Below are positions 1 through 7,925 of a DNA stretch of 13,290 bases, in pieces; position 1 is the stretch's first letter, and the number at the start of each line of letters is the position of its first letter. Source of the stretch: an uncultured Deinococcaceae bacterium (GTDB taxonomy: Bacteria; Deinococcota; Deinococci; Deinococcales; Deinococcaceae); contig CAXULY010000078.1 of assembly GCA_964252075.1 (NCBI GenBank), positions 1 to 13,290 on the forward strand, read 5' to 3'. The position numbers and the translations under genes were made by a program. The notes beneath the pieces are model-generated. The model had not been told where the DNA came from. It saw only the letters and a list, made by a program, of their open reading frames with translations, and made no database searches.

Positions 1-159
1 AAAGACGGCCTGGCGGGGCGTCCGCGCGCCTCAGTGCTGGCGCCGAACGCCAGCAGCGTCAACGTGGACAGCAATGTTGAGGTGCACGGCCACGAGAGCC
101 CGGATGCTGAGCAGATCACGAAGAAGGTGGACGCGCGCCTGCTGGACCGCACGCCGTAA
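1..159 (+). CDS. 3' end of an upstream ORF (partial), hypothetical; possibly the C-terminus of a phage tail/tape-measure-type protein
   Basis: Frame 1 is open from base 1 to TAA 157-159 (KDGLAGRPRASVLAPNASSVNVDSNVEVHGHESPDAEQITKKVDARLLDRTP*) with GC3-rich codons. The product guess is only inference from context. Confidence 0.5.
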   Translation, partial: KDGLAGRPRASVLAPNASSVNVDSNVEVHGHESPDAEQITKKVDARLLDRTP

Positions 160-238
160 CGCCACCCGCTCTGCAGAGGGTCACTGCCAGCGTCTTGAGC
201 TCAACATGAGGTCCGATGAGCGTGCTATAAGCCTCGCC

Positions 239-904
239 ATGTCCCCCATGCGGATCCTGACCATCGAGGACGACCCGGACATCGCACACCTCTTGCAGCT
301 CGACCTCACCGACGCGGGCTACGAGGTGCTGCACGCCGGTGACGGCATGACCGGCTTGACCCTCGCCCGTCAGGAACGCCCCGCCGTGGTCCTGCTGGAC
401 CTCGGCCTGCCGGACTTCGATGGCGCCGAGGTGCTGAAACGATTGCGGCGGACCTCCACAGTGCCCATCATCGTGCTGACCGCCCGCGACACCGTAGAAG
501 AAAAGGTGCGTCTCCTGGGTCTGGGCGCGGACGACTACGTCATCAAGCCCTTCCACCCGGATGAGCTGATCGCGCGCATCCAGGTGCAGTTGCGCCAGAA
601 AGAAGGCGAGGTCCTGGCGGTCGGCCCCCTCACCCTCGACCCGCAGAAACGCCTGGCGTATCACCAGGACAATGAATTGCTGCTGTCCCCGACGGAGTTC
701 AACATCCTGGAGGCGTTGATGCAGCAACCCGGGCGGGTCGTGAGCCGCAAGGAGCTCGCGGACACCGTGTGGCAGGGCCGCCTGAACGAAGGCAGCAACG
801 TGGTGGACGTGCACATCGCGAACCTGCGCGGCAAGCTGCGTGACGTCGACGCCTTCCGCCTGGTGCGCACGGTGCGGGGCGTTGGGTACGCCATCCGCAC
901 CTGA
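239..904 (+). CDS. drRRA: OmpR/PhoB-family DNA-binding response regulator, DrRRA-like (start ATG 239 or 248)
   Basis: Receiver motifs IEDD, LLDLGLPDFDG, LTAR and KPF, plus the winged-helix tail SNVVDVHIANLRGKL...RTVRGVGY. The run PIIVLTARDTVEEKVRLLGLGADDY matches my recollection of D. radiodurans DrRRA, so this is probably a paralogue. The ORF-track start at 74 overlaps the upstream gene. Confidence 0.9.
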   Translation: MSPMRILTIEDDPDIAHLLQLDLTDAGYEVLHAGDGMTGLTLARQERPAVVLLDLGLPDFDGAEVLKRLRRTSTVPIIVLTARDTVEEKVRLLGLGADDYVIKPFHPDELIARIQVQLRQKEGEVLAVGPLTLDPQKRLAYHQDNELLLSPTEFNILEALMQQPGRVVSRKELADTVWQGRLNEGSNVVDVHIANLRGKLRDVDAFRLVRTVRGVGYAIRT

Positions 905-947
905 CGTCCTTCAGCCTGGGTGTTCTGCCAGGCCAAGCAACAACGCA

Positions 948-993
948 GTCAGCACGGCGCCGGGCGATCAAGGTCGCCCGGCGCCGTGCTGAC
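948..993. repeat. Perfect 20-bp inverted repeat (hairpin, possible terminator)
   Basis: GTCAGCACGGCGCCGGGCGA (948-967), loop TCAAGG, TCGCCCGGCGCCGTGCTGAC (974-993). It lies 44 nt after the regulator stop and has no U-tract. Confidence 0.85.
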
Positions 994-1077
994 GTGGGAA
1001 GGAGCTTCGATGAATCACTGGGGCAAGAAGAGAGGGCCGCGCGGTGCGGGCCGCCTGTGTGTGCGCCTGGAGCACCG

Positions 1078-3576
1078 ATGACCGCTCCAACTGACGTCAA
1101 CACCGTCCCGCCGGGCTTCGCGCGCGGCGCCTATGAGGTGTGGCTCTCCAATGGGCACGTGGGGACCGGGGAGGACTTCCTCGAATGGATTAAGGGCGCC
1201 GACGCGTACCAGGTCTGGTTAGGCGCCGGGCACACCGGCACCGTCGAGGCGTTCCTGGAGTCGCTGCGCGCGACGCTGGTGGACCGCGGTCCCTGGACGG
1301 CCCGCACCGCGTACGGCGCCGGGGAGTACCTGAGTCACGAAGACGCCCTGTACTCAGTGAGCGAGGGCTTCACGAGCGGCGACACCTTCAGCGACGAGCA
1401 CCTCACGGTGCGCCTGCGGGCGCCTCGACCGGACGTGCCCGCCACTGTCCCGCCAGGCTTCAGGTCCGCGACGGCGACCGGCATGACGCAGGGGCGCAAG
1501 GTCATCGTCACCTGGAGTCCAGAGTCCGTTCAGCAGGGCGTGGTCGTCGAGCGCCGCAGCCTGACGGACAAGACCTACGGGTACGCGGTGACCGACCAGG
1601 CCGCTGAGAACCCCTTCGCGTGGGAGCGCCTGAACGCCGCGGTGCTCTACGGGCAGACGTACCTCGTCGATCCGCTCGATCTGTGGGAGGGCGAGACGTA
1701 CGAGTACCGCGTGCGCACGTTCGCGCCGGACGGCACCCTGGGCACGCCGGTCAGCGCCGGCAGCGTCAAGGTCCCGTACTGGGTGCCGCAGAACCAGCTG
1801 CTGCACTGGAGTGAGGACCTCACCCCGCCCGGGTGGGAGGCGGGGCCGGGCGTCACGGTCAGCGCGCAGGCCGTGACGTTCAGCGGCGCGACGCAGGCGA
1901 TCAGTCAGGCGTTTCCGACCTACCCGATCGGCGGGCGCACGTACACCGTGGCGTTCCTGCTGAAGGGCACGGCCGGGCAGACGCTGCAGATCCACGGGCA
2001 CGCGTTCCGGGACGGCAAGACCAGCGACACCCCGATCACCCTCGGGGCGGACGGCGCAGGCTACACGCGCGTCGCTGGAACCGGCGCGGACGTGGGCTTC
2101 GAGTGGTTCGTCGTGACGCGCAGCTGGCCTGCGGGCCTGACTGGGCGGCAGATGCGCGTGGGCCTCAACACGTATGGCAGCAGCACCGCCCGGAGCGTGC
2201 AAGTCCGCAAGGCCATCGTCTCCGCTGGAGCGGTGGCGGCCGCCGCGTTGATCGCGAGCTACCAGGCCACCTTCGGGCCGGGCAGCACCTGGCAGGAACC
2301 GCTGTACGTGTACCCGGACCTGCTGCCCGCGAGCGCCAGCCCCACGAACCCCACGGTGTTCCGCTCCTGGCACCGCAGCCTGGACGCGGACGTGCCCGCC
2401 GTGACGACCGCCGCGGGCCCCAACCTGGCGGAGTTCGACGGCATGCGGGTGGAGTCCCGCAGCGACCTGTTCAAGAGCGTGCGCGGCAGCAACCGCACGC
2501 GCATTCAGAACTGCACCGGGCGCGGCCTCATCCCCATGAAGGACGGCAAGACGCTCGGCATGGCGTGGTGCGGGGATTACCTGTACCAGCTGTGGGTGCT
2601 GCACAACACCTTCCGCAACACGCGCGGCGGGCTGACGCAGTACTTCTGGGGCCGCGGGCAGGCCAGCAACCCCGACGACACCATCAAGATCATCGGGAAC
2701 CGCGTGCGGGAGGTGAGCGGGAACTACTGGAACGCGGACGGCAGCCTCGTGCCGAACGGGTTCTTCCGGGATAAGAACCACCTGGATGGCGGGTTCACGC
2801 GGGTGCAGTTCTTCATGATGAACGGCCTGGAGTACGGCCCGAACGCCCAGCCAGGGGACGCGCTGGCCGGAGTGGAGATCGCCTGGAACGAGGTCGTCGG
2901 TCGCCCGGTGTTCAGCCGCCCTGAGGACCTGATTCACATCAACATCCCGGGCGACGAGGCGTCGCCGGTGCGGGTGCACGACAACTGCATGTGGGCGAAC
3001 CTGCCCACCGACCACGCGAACTGGAAGGCCTTCGAGAAGCAGGGCGGCGGCCCGTACTTCTGGGATTACGGCGTGGCGGCGGACGGCAGCGGCGACTACA
3101 GCGGCACCGGCCTGATGCCCAGCGACTTCCTGATGTTCGACAAAGACCACCCCGCCCGGAACGCGCAGCACATCCGCGTGACCGACGAGGTGCGCATCGG
3201 GCCGCGCTCGCAGTACGCGCTGTACGACACGCAGGACACCCTCTACAGACGCTGCCGGAGCGTGCGGTCCGACACGCTGTACAACGGCCAGCTGCAGGTG
3301 CGCACCAAAACACGCGGCGTGACGAACTGGGCCATTCAGATCACGAACTACCTCAAGAACGGCTTCATGCAGAGAAACGGCGTCCAGGACTGCGTGTTCC
3401 TCACCGGGCAGGGAGAGCTCAACCCCACGGCGCCCGGGCAGCCGCTTGCGGACCGACCGGACCTGACCTTCGGGAACGTGTTCGGCCCGGCCGTCCCCTG
3501 GTGGGCGGAGTGGCAGGAGCTCGCCGACTGGCAGGCGCGCGCCGCGGCGGCCGGGCAGCGCATCGGCGCGCCTTGA
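1078..3576 (+). CDS. 832-aa multidomain protein, putative phage tail spike/fibre or glycan-active protein: N-terminal AY(E/Q)VW repeats, CBM5/12-like motif, FnIII-like domain, jelly-roll/CBM-like region, C-terminal right-handed beta-helix
   Basis: RBS GGAG precedes ATG 1078 and GC3 bias is strong. Motifs: AYEVWLxxGHxGTxEDFL twice, WTARTAYGAGEYLSHEDALY, VIVTW...YEYRVR, and beta-helix-like Asn rungs (TRIQNCT, VLHNTFRN, IKIIGNRVRE, VEIAWNEVV, VRVHDNCM). No signal peptide is apparent. Confidence 0.75.
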   Translation: MTAPTDVNTVPPGFARGAYEVWLSNGHVGTGEDFLEWIKGADAYQVWLGAGHTGTVEAFLESLRATLVDRGPWTARTAYGAGEYLSHEDALYSVSEGFTSGDTFSDEHLTVRLRAPRPDVPATVPPGFRSATATGMTQGRKVIVTWSPESVQQGVVVERRSLTDKTYGYAVTDQAAENPFAWERLNAAVLYGQTYLVDPLDLWEGETYEYRVRTFAPDGTLGTPVSAGSVKVPYWVPQNQLLHWSEDLTPPGWEAGPGVTVSAQAVTFSGATQAISQAFPTYPIGGRTYTVAFLLKGTAGQTLQIHGHAFRDGKTSDTPITLGADGAGYTRVAGTGADVGFEWFVVTRSWPAGLTGRQMRVGLNTYGSSTARSVQVRKAIVSAGAVAAAALIASYQATFGPGSTWQEPLYVYPDLLPASASPTNPTVFRSWHRSLDADVPAVTTAAGPNLAEFDGMRVESRSDLFKSVRGSNRTRIQNCTGRGLIPMKDGKTLGMAWCGDYLYQLWVLHNTFRNTRGGLTQYFWGRGQASNPDDTIKIIGNRVREVSGNYWNADGSLVPNGFFRDKNHLDGGFTRVQFFMMNGLEYGPNAQPGDALAGVEIAWNEVVGRPVFSRPEDLIHINIPGDEASPVRVHDNCMWANLPTDHANWKAFEKQGGGPYFWDYGVAADGSGDYSGTGLMPSDFLMFDKDHPARNAQHIRVTDEVRIGPRSQYALYDTQDTLYRRCRSVRSDTLYNGQLQVRTKTRGVTNWAIQITNYLKNGFMQRNGVQDCVFLTGQGELNPTAPGQPLADRPDLTFGNVFGPAVPWWAEWQELADWQARAAAAGQRIGAP
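1129..1272 (+). repeat. Two tandem in-frame peptide repeats with a 25-aa period
   Basis: AYEVWLSNGHVGTGEDFLEWIKG (1129-1197) and AYQVWLGAGHTGTVEAFLESLRA (1204-1272). Confidence 0.8.
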
Positions 3577-3616
3577 GCCGGGTCAGGCGCGCCAATGACG
3601 TTGACCGTCGGCGCAG

Positions 3617-3862
3617 TCACCGCTTCACCGCCGCGCGCGCTGGGATGAAGTGCATGACCCCACAGGCGAGCCCGAGGACCAGAAGCACCAACAGCGGTGG
3701 GGCGTCCACATGATGGGCTTTGACGACGATGCCGAGCGCAAGCAGCGCGCCCCACACCCACGCCGCCCGCCAACCGATCCGCTGCCCCCTGAAGATCAGT
3801 GCCGCCAGCAGACCGATGAACGCGCACCGGTACAGCAGAAAGAAGGCACTGAACCAGCTCAC
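3617..3862 (-). CDS. Small membrane protein (~81 aa, about 3 hydrophobic segments), probably leaderless
   Basis: MSWFSAFFLLYRCAFIGLLAALIF...WVWGALLALGIVV...LLVLLVLGLACGVM. On the minus strand, TACACT is followed by 6 nt and then GTG at 3862. Confidence 0.65.
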   Translation of the reverse strand: MSWFSAFFLLYRCAFIGLLAALIFRGQRIGWRAAWVWGALLALGIVVKAHHVDAPPLLVLLVLGLACGVMHFIPARAAVKR

Positions 3863-4038
3863 CCCTGAAGTGTACCGGCGGTTCACCACGTCCAGCCGAG
3901 CACCTGCGCTTCGACCAACAGCAGACGGAATCTCCCCGTCTGCCCATCCCTCCGCGTTGAGGTTGGCGATCGCCAGCAGCAGCGCGGATCCAAACCACTT
4001 GAACGCCAGGCGCCCTGTTGCGCCTGGCCGGAGGTTCT

Positions 4039-4464
4039 ATGAACACTTCAAAGCTGCTAAGCCTGATTACCTCATCGATGCTTGCGGGCGGCGCGACGCC
4101 CCTCCAGGAGGAGAAGCTCGGCGCCTGGGTGGACAAGCACGTGCCGGCCCTCCTGCAGGACGCGAACGCGGTGCTGCACAATTTCGGCTGGTCCGCCGTG
4201 ACGACGCTGGTGGACGAGGCGGTGCGGGCCGCGCAGGACCTCAAGGACCGGTTCGTGGGGATGGACCGCGCGAAGATCGCCAGGACCACCGTCCGGTACG
4301 TGGTGGACCTGGTGCTGCCCGAACCGGCCCGCAGATGGGTGGCGCCGCTGCTGACGGACGAGGTGCTCGCCGGGCTGATCGAGGCCGCCTACCGGCGCCT
4401 GTTCGGGGCGGGCCCCGCGCCGGTCCTCGACGACCCGAGCGTGAAGCCCGGAGGTCTGGAGTGA
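4039..4464 (+). CDS. Hypothetical protein (141 aa), possibly a phage late/lysis-region gene
   Basis: RBS GGAGG at 4030-4034, ATG at 4039, GC3-rich codons. The stop overlaps the next start (GTGA 4461-4464). Confidence 0.8.
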   Translation: MNTSKLLSLITSSMLAGGATPLQEEKLGAWVDKHVPALLQDANAVLHNFGWSAVTTLVDEAVRAAQDLKDRFVGMDRAKIARTTVRYVVDLVLPEPARRWVAPLLTDEVLAGLIEAAYRRLFGAGPAPVLDDPSVKPGGLE

Positions 4465-4848
4465 AGCGCCAGGCGCTGCTGGTCCTGAGTGCGGGGCTGC
4501 TGGCCGCGTGCGCGCCGAGGTTCACGGGAGATCCGGCCCTGCAGGCGGCCCTCGCCGCGGGGCAGAGCGACCCGGCCACCTTCACCCTCGCGAGCGGCCC
4601 GCAGCGCGCTGCTGGCTGTGGGCGCGAAAGCGGCCTATCTGGACCGGGTGGAGATCACTGGGGGTACGCTGCGCCTGAACGACGTGCGCTGCACAGCGCC
4701 GGAGACGACCTTCGTGCGCTGCACCTACGGCGGCCTGTTGGTTCCGGGTGGAGGTGCGTTCGGGCAGGGCGTGAACGGCGACGTGCTGAACGGCACCGTG
4801 TGGTACCGCCGCACCCTCGACGGCCCCGAGCTCATCAAACAGTTCTGA
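4461..4848 (+). pseudogene. Lipoprotein gene with an apparent frameshift near 4600-4610
   Basis: RBS GGAGG at 4450-4454. GTG 4461 gives MKRQALLVLSAGLLAAC (lipobox)...ASGPQR. Coding-like sequence then continues in the +1 frame as LLAVGAKAAYLDRVEITGG...GPELIKQF* (TGA 4846-4848). Confidence 0.7.
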
Positions 4849-4885
4849 AAAAGCGGCCCGGCCAAGGAGGCCGGGGCGCTTTTTC
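4849..4885 (+). terminator. Intrinsic terminator, potentially bidirectional
   Basis: AAAAGCG-G-CCCGGCC aagga GGCCGGG-G-CGCTTTTT directly after the stop at 4848. Confidence 0.75.
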
Positions 4886-5404
4886 CATGGCGTGCGCACG
4901 TACCGCTGACACGCCCCGCTGGAGGCATGTGCCCTTCAGGTCAAGTTCCCTTGAAGCGAGCCAATTGGAACCGGGAGGCGGTCCGGAGTACGGCCCCAAG
5001 CGTTCGCCCACCACTGCGGATCGACCATCGGCGGCCGGAAGCACCAACAAGGTGATTTACTGGCGGTTTCCCACCGTCAAGCTGGACGCTGCATGGTGTC
5101 AGCCTTCCTGGCCGAACGCCGCGTCCAGAGGCCCGCTCTGATGGCATGCAAGCGGCGAAACTGCGCGAGTCATGCTGAAGTGACTTGTCCGTGATGGTTT
5201 TCATTCGATTCGTGAGGGCCGTCTCTACATTTATTTGCAGATGACTCACCACTGTGATTGGTGGAAACATAAGACCGTATCGTCATTGCTTTTTCAACTC
5301 GACTTTAATTCATTGACCTGACTTCTCTTTTGTTGGTGCAGGCGTACTTTTTAAACGCGTCCAACACCCATAGGTTGAGGCTGCCTATGGGCAGGAGGAC
5401 CACC

Positions 5405-5878
5405 ATGAACCAGGAAAACCTCAGAACGTTGATTTCCGACGGCCTCATCGCCATGAAGGCTGGCGGGAGAGTCGCGGCGGCCGCCACCGACGAAATCCAG
5501 CAGTCCGCCACCGACCCGGAGTTGAAGTCCGCGCTCGATGCCGGCAACGACACCGCCAAGACCTGGCAGACTCGAATCGAGCGGGCGCTGGGTGAACTCG
5601 GGGCGGAGGGTGAAGGTGAGAACCCGATCCTCGAAGCGCACTACCAGGTGTCCAAGAAGATCCGCGATGCTGCCCCGGATCAGCAGGTGCGCGACCTGGG
5701 TATCATCGCCTCGGGGCAACTCGCGCTGCATTACTGGATTGCGGCCTTCGGGACCATGAAGGCCTACGCCCATCAGGTGGGGCTGAACCAGACCGAGCAG
5801 GAGATGGACCAATCGGTCAGCGAGGCCAAGCAGGCCGACGAACAGCACACCGCCATCGCCGCGCGCTTGATGGGCTGA
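5405..5878 (+). CDS. YciE/YciF-like (DUF892) ferritin-like four-helix-bundle protein, 157 aa
   Basis: RBS AGGAGG precedes ATG 5405. ATDPELKSAL and RDLGIIASGQLALHYWIAAFGTM correspond to the DUF892 pattern RDaaiiaaaQkvEHYEIAsYGTL. The C-terminus has EAKQADE. Confidence 0.8.
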   Translation: MNQENLRTLISDGLIAMKAGGRVAAAATDEIQQSATDPELKSALDAGNDTAKTWQTRIERALGELGAEGEGENPILEAHYQVSKKIRDAAPDQQVRDLGIIASGQLALHYWIAAFGTMKAYAHQVGLNQTEQEMDQSVSEAKQADEQHTAIAARLMG

Positions 5879-5932
5879 CGCCAGCGACCACTTCTGGGTC
5901 CACGCTGGGGGCGGTCGTCCAGCTGCCCGTCC

Positions 5933-6000
5933 ACGTGCCGCACGGCAGCGTGTGGGACCGCCGCACGCCGGACGGCCCCGAGCTCGCCAAACAGTTCTGA
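5933..6000 (+). repeat. Degenerate direct-repeat copy of the lipoprotein 3' end (4781-4848); gene remnant
   Basis: 4790-4848 versus 5942-6000 match at 52/59 positions without gaps. The copy translates as HGSVWDRRTPDGPELAKQF* versus NGTVWYRRTLDGPELIKQF*. Confidence 0.85.
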
Positions 6001-6006
6001 CCCGCA

Positions 6007-6041
6007 GCGCCCCCAGCCGCAATGGCTGGGGGCACTTTTTT
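6007..6041 (+). terminator. Intrinsic terminator
   Basis: GCCCCCAGCC gcaat GGCTGGGGGC followed by ACTTTTTT. Confidence 0.8.
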
Positions 6042-6103
6042 CGTGATGGGTGCGGCAGGCCCACCGCACAGGAGCTGGGAAGAAGGCGGAACACCCTGTG
6101 GGT

Positions 6104-7183
6104 TCAGGTGCGCTCGAGGGCCAGCCTAAATGCCCGCGCCGTCCGGGTGGTCCTGGCCGTGCCGGCCGCCCCCACGCGCTGGACGAGCACGATCGTCACC
6201 ACCGCCACCAGCGTCTCGAAGCCCACGCACAGCGTCCAGAACGCCAGCGGGCTGGCGATCACGTGATTCACCAGGTACCCGAAGTTCTGCCCGAAGAACC
6301 CCGTCACGAGCGTGAGCGGCAGGAAGATGGTGGCCACCATCGTCAGCTGCCGGGACGTCGCGCCCTGCCGCCGGTTCTCCATCGCGTGGTAGATGTCGAA
6401 CGCGCGGTCCGCCATGCTGCCCGCCAACGCCAGGCGCTCCAGGGTGTGCTGCGCGTGGTCCCGGATGTCCCGGAAGTACGGCACTTCCTGCGGGCTGACC
6501 ACGGGCGGCCCAGCGCGCAGCAAGGTGCCCAGCACGTCCTTCAGGGGGAAGATGACGGCGTGCGCCGCGTGCACCAGCTCACTGATGTCGAAGATCCGTT
6601 TGAGTTCCTGGTCGTTGGAAGCTGCCGGGTCCATCAGGCGCTGGCGGACCAACGTCAGGGTGGCTTCCACTTCCCCCGCGAACGGCGCGTATTCGTCCAC
6701 CAGGGCGTCCAGCAGCACGTACAGCAGGCTGCTGGAGTCCTCCCGCCACGCGTCCGGGACGCGTTCCCAGCGCATCATGAGGTCCTGAATGGGCAATCCG
6801 GTGCCGTGCCGGACGCTGATCAGGAACCGCTCGCCCACGAACAGGTTCAGTTCATGGGTGCGCAGGGCGCCCTGCGGCGTCTGGAGAACGCCGTGGGCGA
6901 CCACGAACTCGAAGCCCGGGTACCCTTCGACCTTGGCCCGCTGGTGCGCGTGCAGGGCGTCCTCGACCGCCAGGGGGTGCAGCTGGTACCGCTGCTGGAG
7001 GCGCTGAAGGTCCGCTGAATTGGGGTTCGTGAGGTCGAACCAGAGGAAGCCGCGTTCGGGCGGCGGGGCGTCCAGCGCGTCCGGCCAAGCCAGCGCGGTC
7101 GCACCGGTGTGGCTGAGGGCGTGGGCGAGGACCGCTGGAGTGGCGGTCCCCTGAGGGGTGGGCGGGCGGGTGGACTCGGGCAT
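6104..7183 (-). CDS. corA: CorA/ZntB-family divalent metal transporter (359 aa) with a GQN signature
   Basis: RBS AGGAG precedes ATG 7183. Motifs: WFDLTNP, LHPLAVEDALHAHQRAKVE, YFRDIRDH, and LTMVATIFLPLTLVTGFFGQNF followed by a second transmembrane segment. Confidence 0.9.
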   Translation of the reverse strand: MPESTRPPTPQGTATPAVLAHALSHTGATALAWPDALDAPPPERGFLWFDLTNPNSADLQRLQQRYQLHPLAVEDALHAHQRAKVEGYPGFEFVVAHGVLQTPQGALRTHELNLFVGERFLISVRHGTGLPIQDLMMRWERVPDAWREDSSSLLYVLLDALVDEYAPFAGEVEATLTLVRQRLMDPAASNDQELKRIFDISELVHAAHAVIFPLKDVLGTLLRAGPPVVSPQEVPYFRDIRDHAQHTLERLALAGSMADRAFDIYHAMENRRQGATSRQLTMVATIFLPLTLVTGFFGQNFGYLVNHVIASPLAFWTLCVGFETLVAVVTIVLVQRVGAAGTARTTRTARAFRLALERT

Positions 7184-7925
7184 GGAACACTCCTGGGCGG
7201 CCCTGCGTGCGGGCCGTGAGCGGTGTGGAGGGCGGGTGATCGGGCGGTAGGGTGGTGAGGGCCAGCCCCACACGAGGATCGGCCGATGGTCAGCGCGCCG
7301 CGGTCCTCCAGTTAGTCATAGCTCAGCGGTTCATGGGTGCACAGGCCGGACGGTGACCGAGGGCGCGTCCGGTCCATGGACCTGCAAGACGGCATGTGAC
7401 ACCCCTGATGGAGGCGCACTGTAAGGCGATGGAGCGGACCGTGGCGCGCTGAAGGTGCGGCGGGGTGTTGGCGGCGTTCAGGCCGGGCGTAAAGGGCGCG
7501 GGTGCACGTGGGATGCGGCCGTCCCGAGCGCGCCCAGCCGTGCTGGCAGTGCTGGCCCACAGCGCCCCCGTCCTGAGTGACAGGGGTGCTTGGTGTGGTG
7601 CCGGGGGACGGGGCTTTGCCGGGGCGCTCCTCGTCCAGGAAGGCCCTCCGCTCGCCGATCCTACGCACCGTTTACCTGTGGTTCCTCCGCGCAGTCGCTC
7701 ATCACGCTTTACCTGGAGTCGTGCAGGGCATTCACCTGGAGGGGTGTAACGACGCTGTAGCGTTCGTTTCGGTACGGTTGAGGTCCTGGTGCATCTCCCT
7801 TCTCCGACCAGGATTGCTGTTTCAGCGCCCCCGTTCCTCCTTCGGGAGCGGACGGGGGCGCTTTTCAGTTGTGTGCATCACGGAAGTGGGCGCACCGCCC
7901 CCCTACAGTGGTCGAACAGCACGCC

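Noticed and set aside
74..238. N-terminal extensions in the ORF track (also 994-1077, 5330-5404, 7184-7273, 9949-10185, 9066-9419)
   Set aside because: They overlap other genes, repeats or promoters. Downstream starts have an RBS or -10 motif and coincide with domain starts.
1354..3171. 605-aa minus-strand ORF, and similar long antisense ORFs (116-814, 6050-7018, 10147-10935, 11161-12501)
   Set aside because: Antisense shadows of GC3-biased genes in high-GC DNA, with no motifs or start signals.
3617..3862. Small membrane protein as a holin
   Set aside because: It is antisense to the putative late genes and has its own leaderless promoter, which fits an inserted cargo gene better.
3720..5141. 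473-aa plus-strand ORF
   Set aside because: Mostly an R/G/A-rich off-frame reading that overlaps better genes. Only 4461-4605 (the lipoprotein N-terminus) looks real, and the ORF runs through a terminator.
4941..5270. 109-aa minus-strand ORF in the AT-richer stretch
   Set aside because: Atypical codon usage, no recognisable motif and no clear RBS. It cannot be supported, though not fully excluded.
7273..7925. Short ORFs upstream of corA (7312-7668, 7465-7749, 7577-8089) and a possible metal riboswitch
   Set aside because: No coding bias or motifs. I could not recognise an M-box, yybP-ykoY or NiCo consensus by eye; an Rfam search would be needed.
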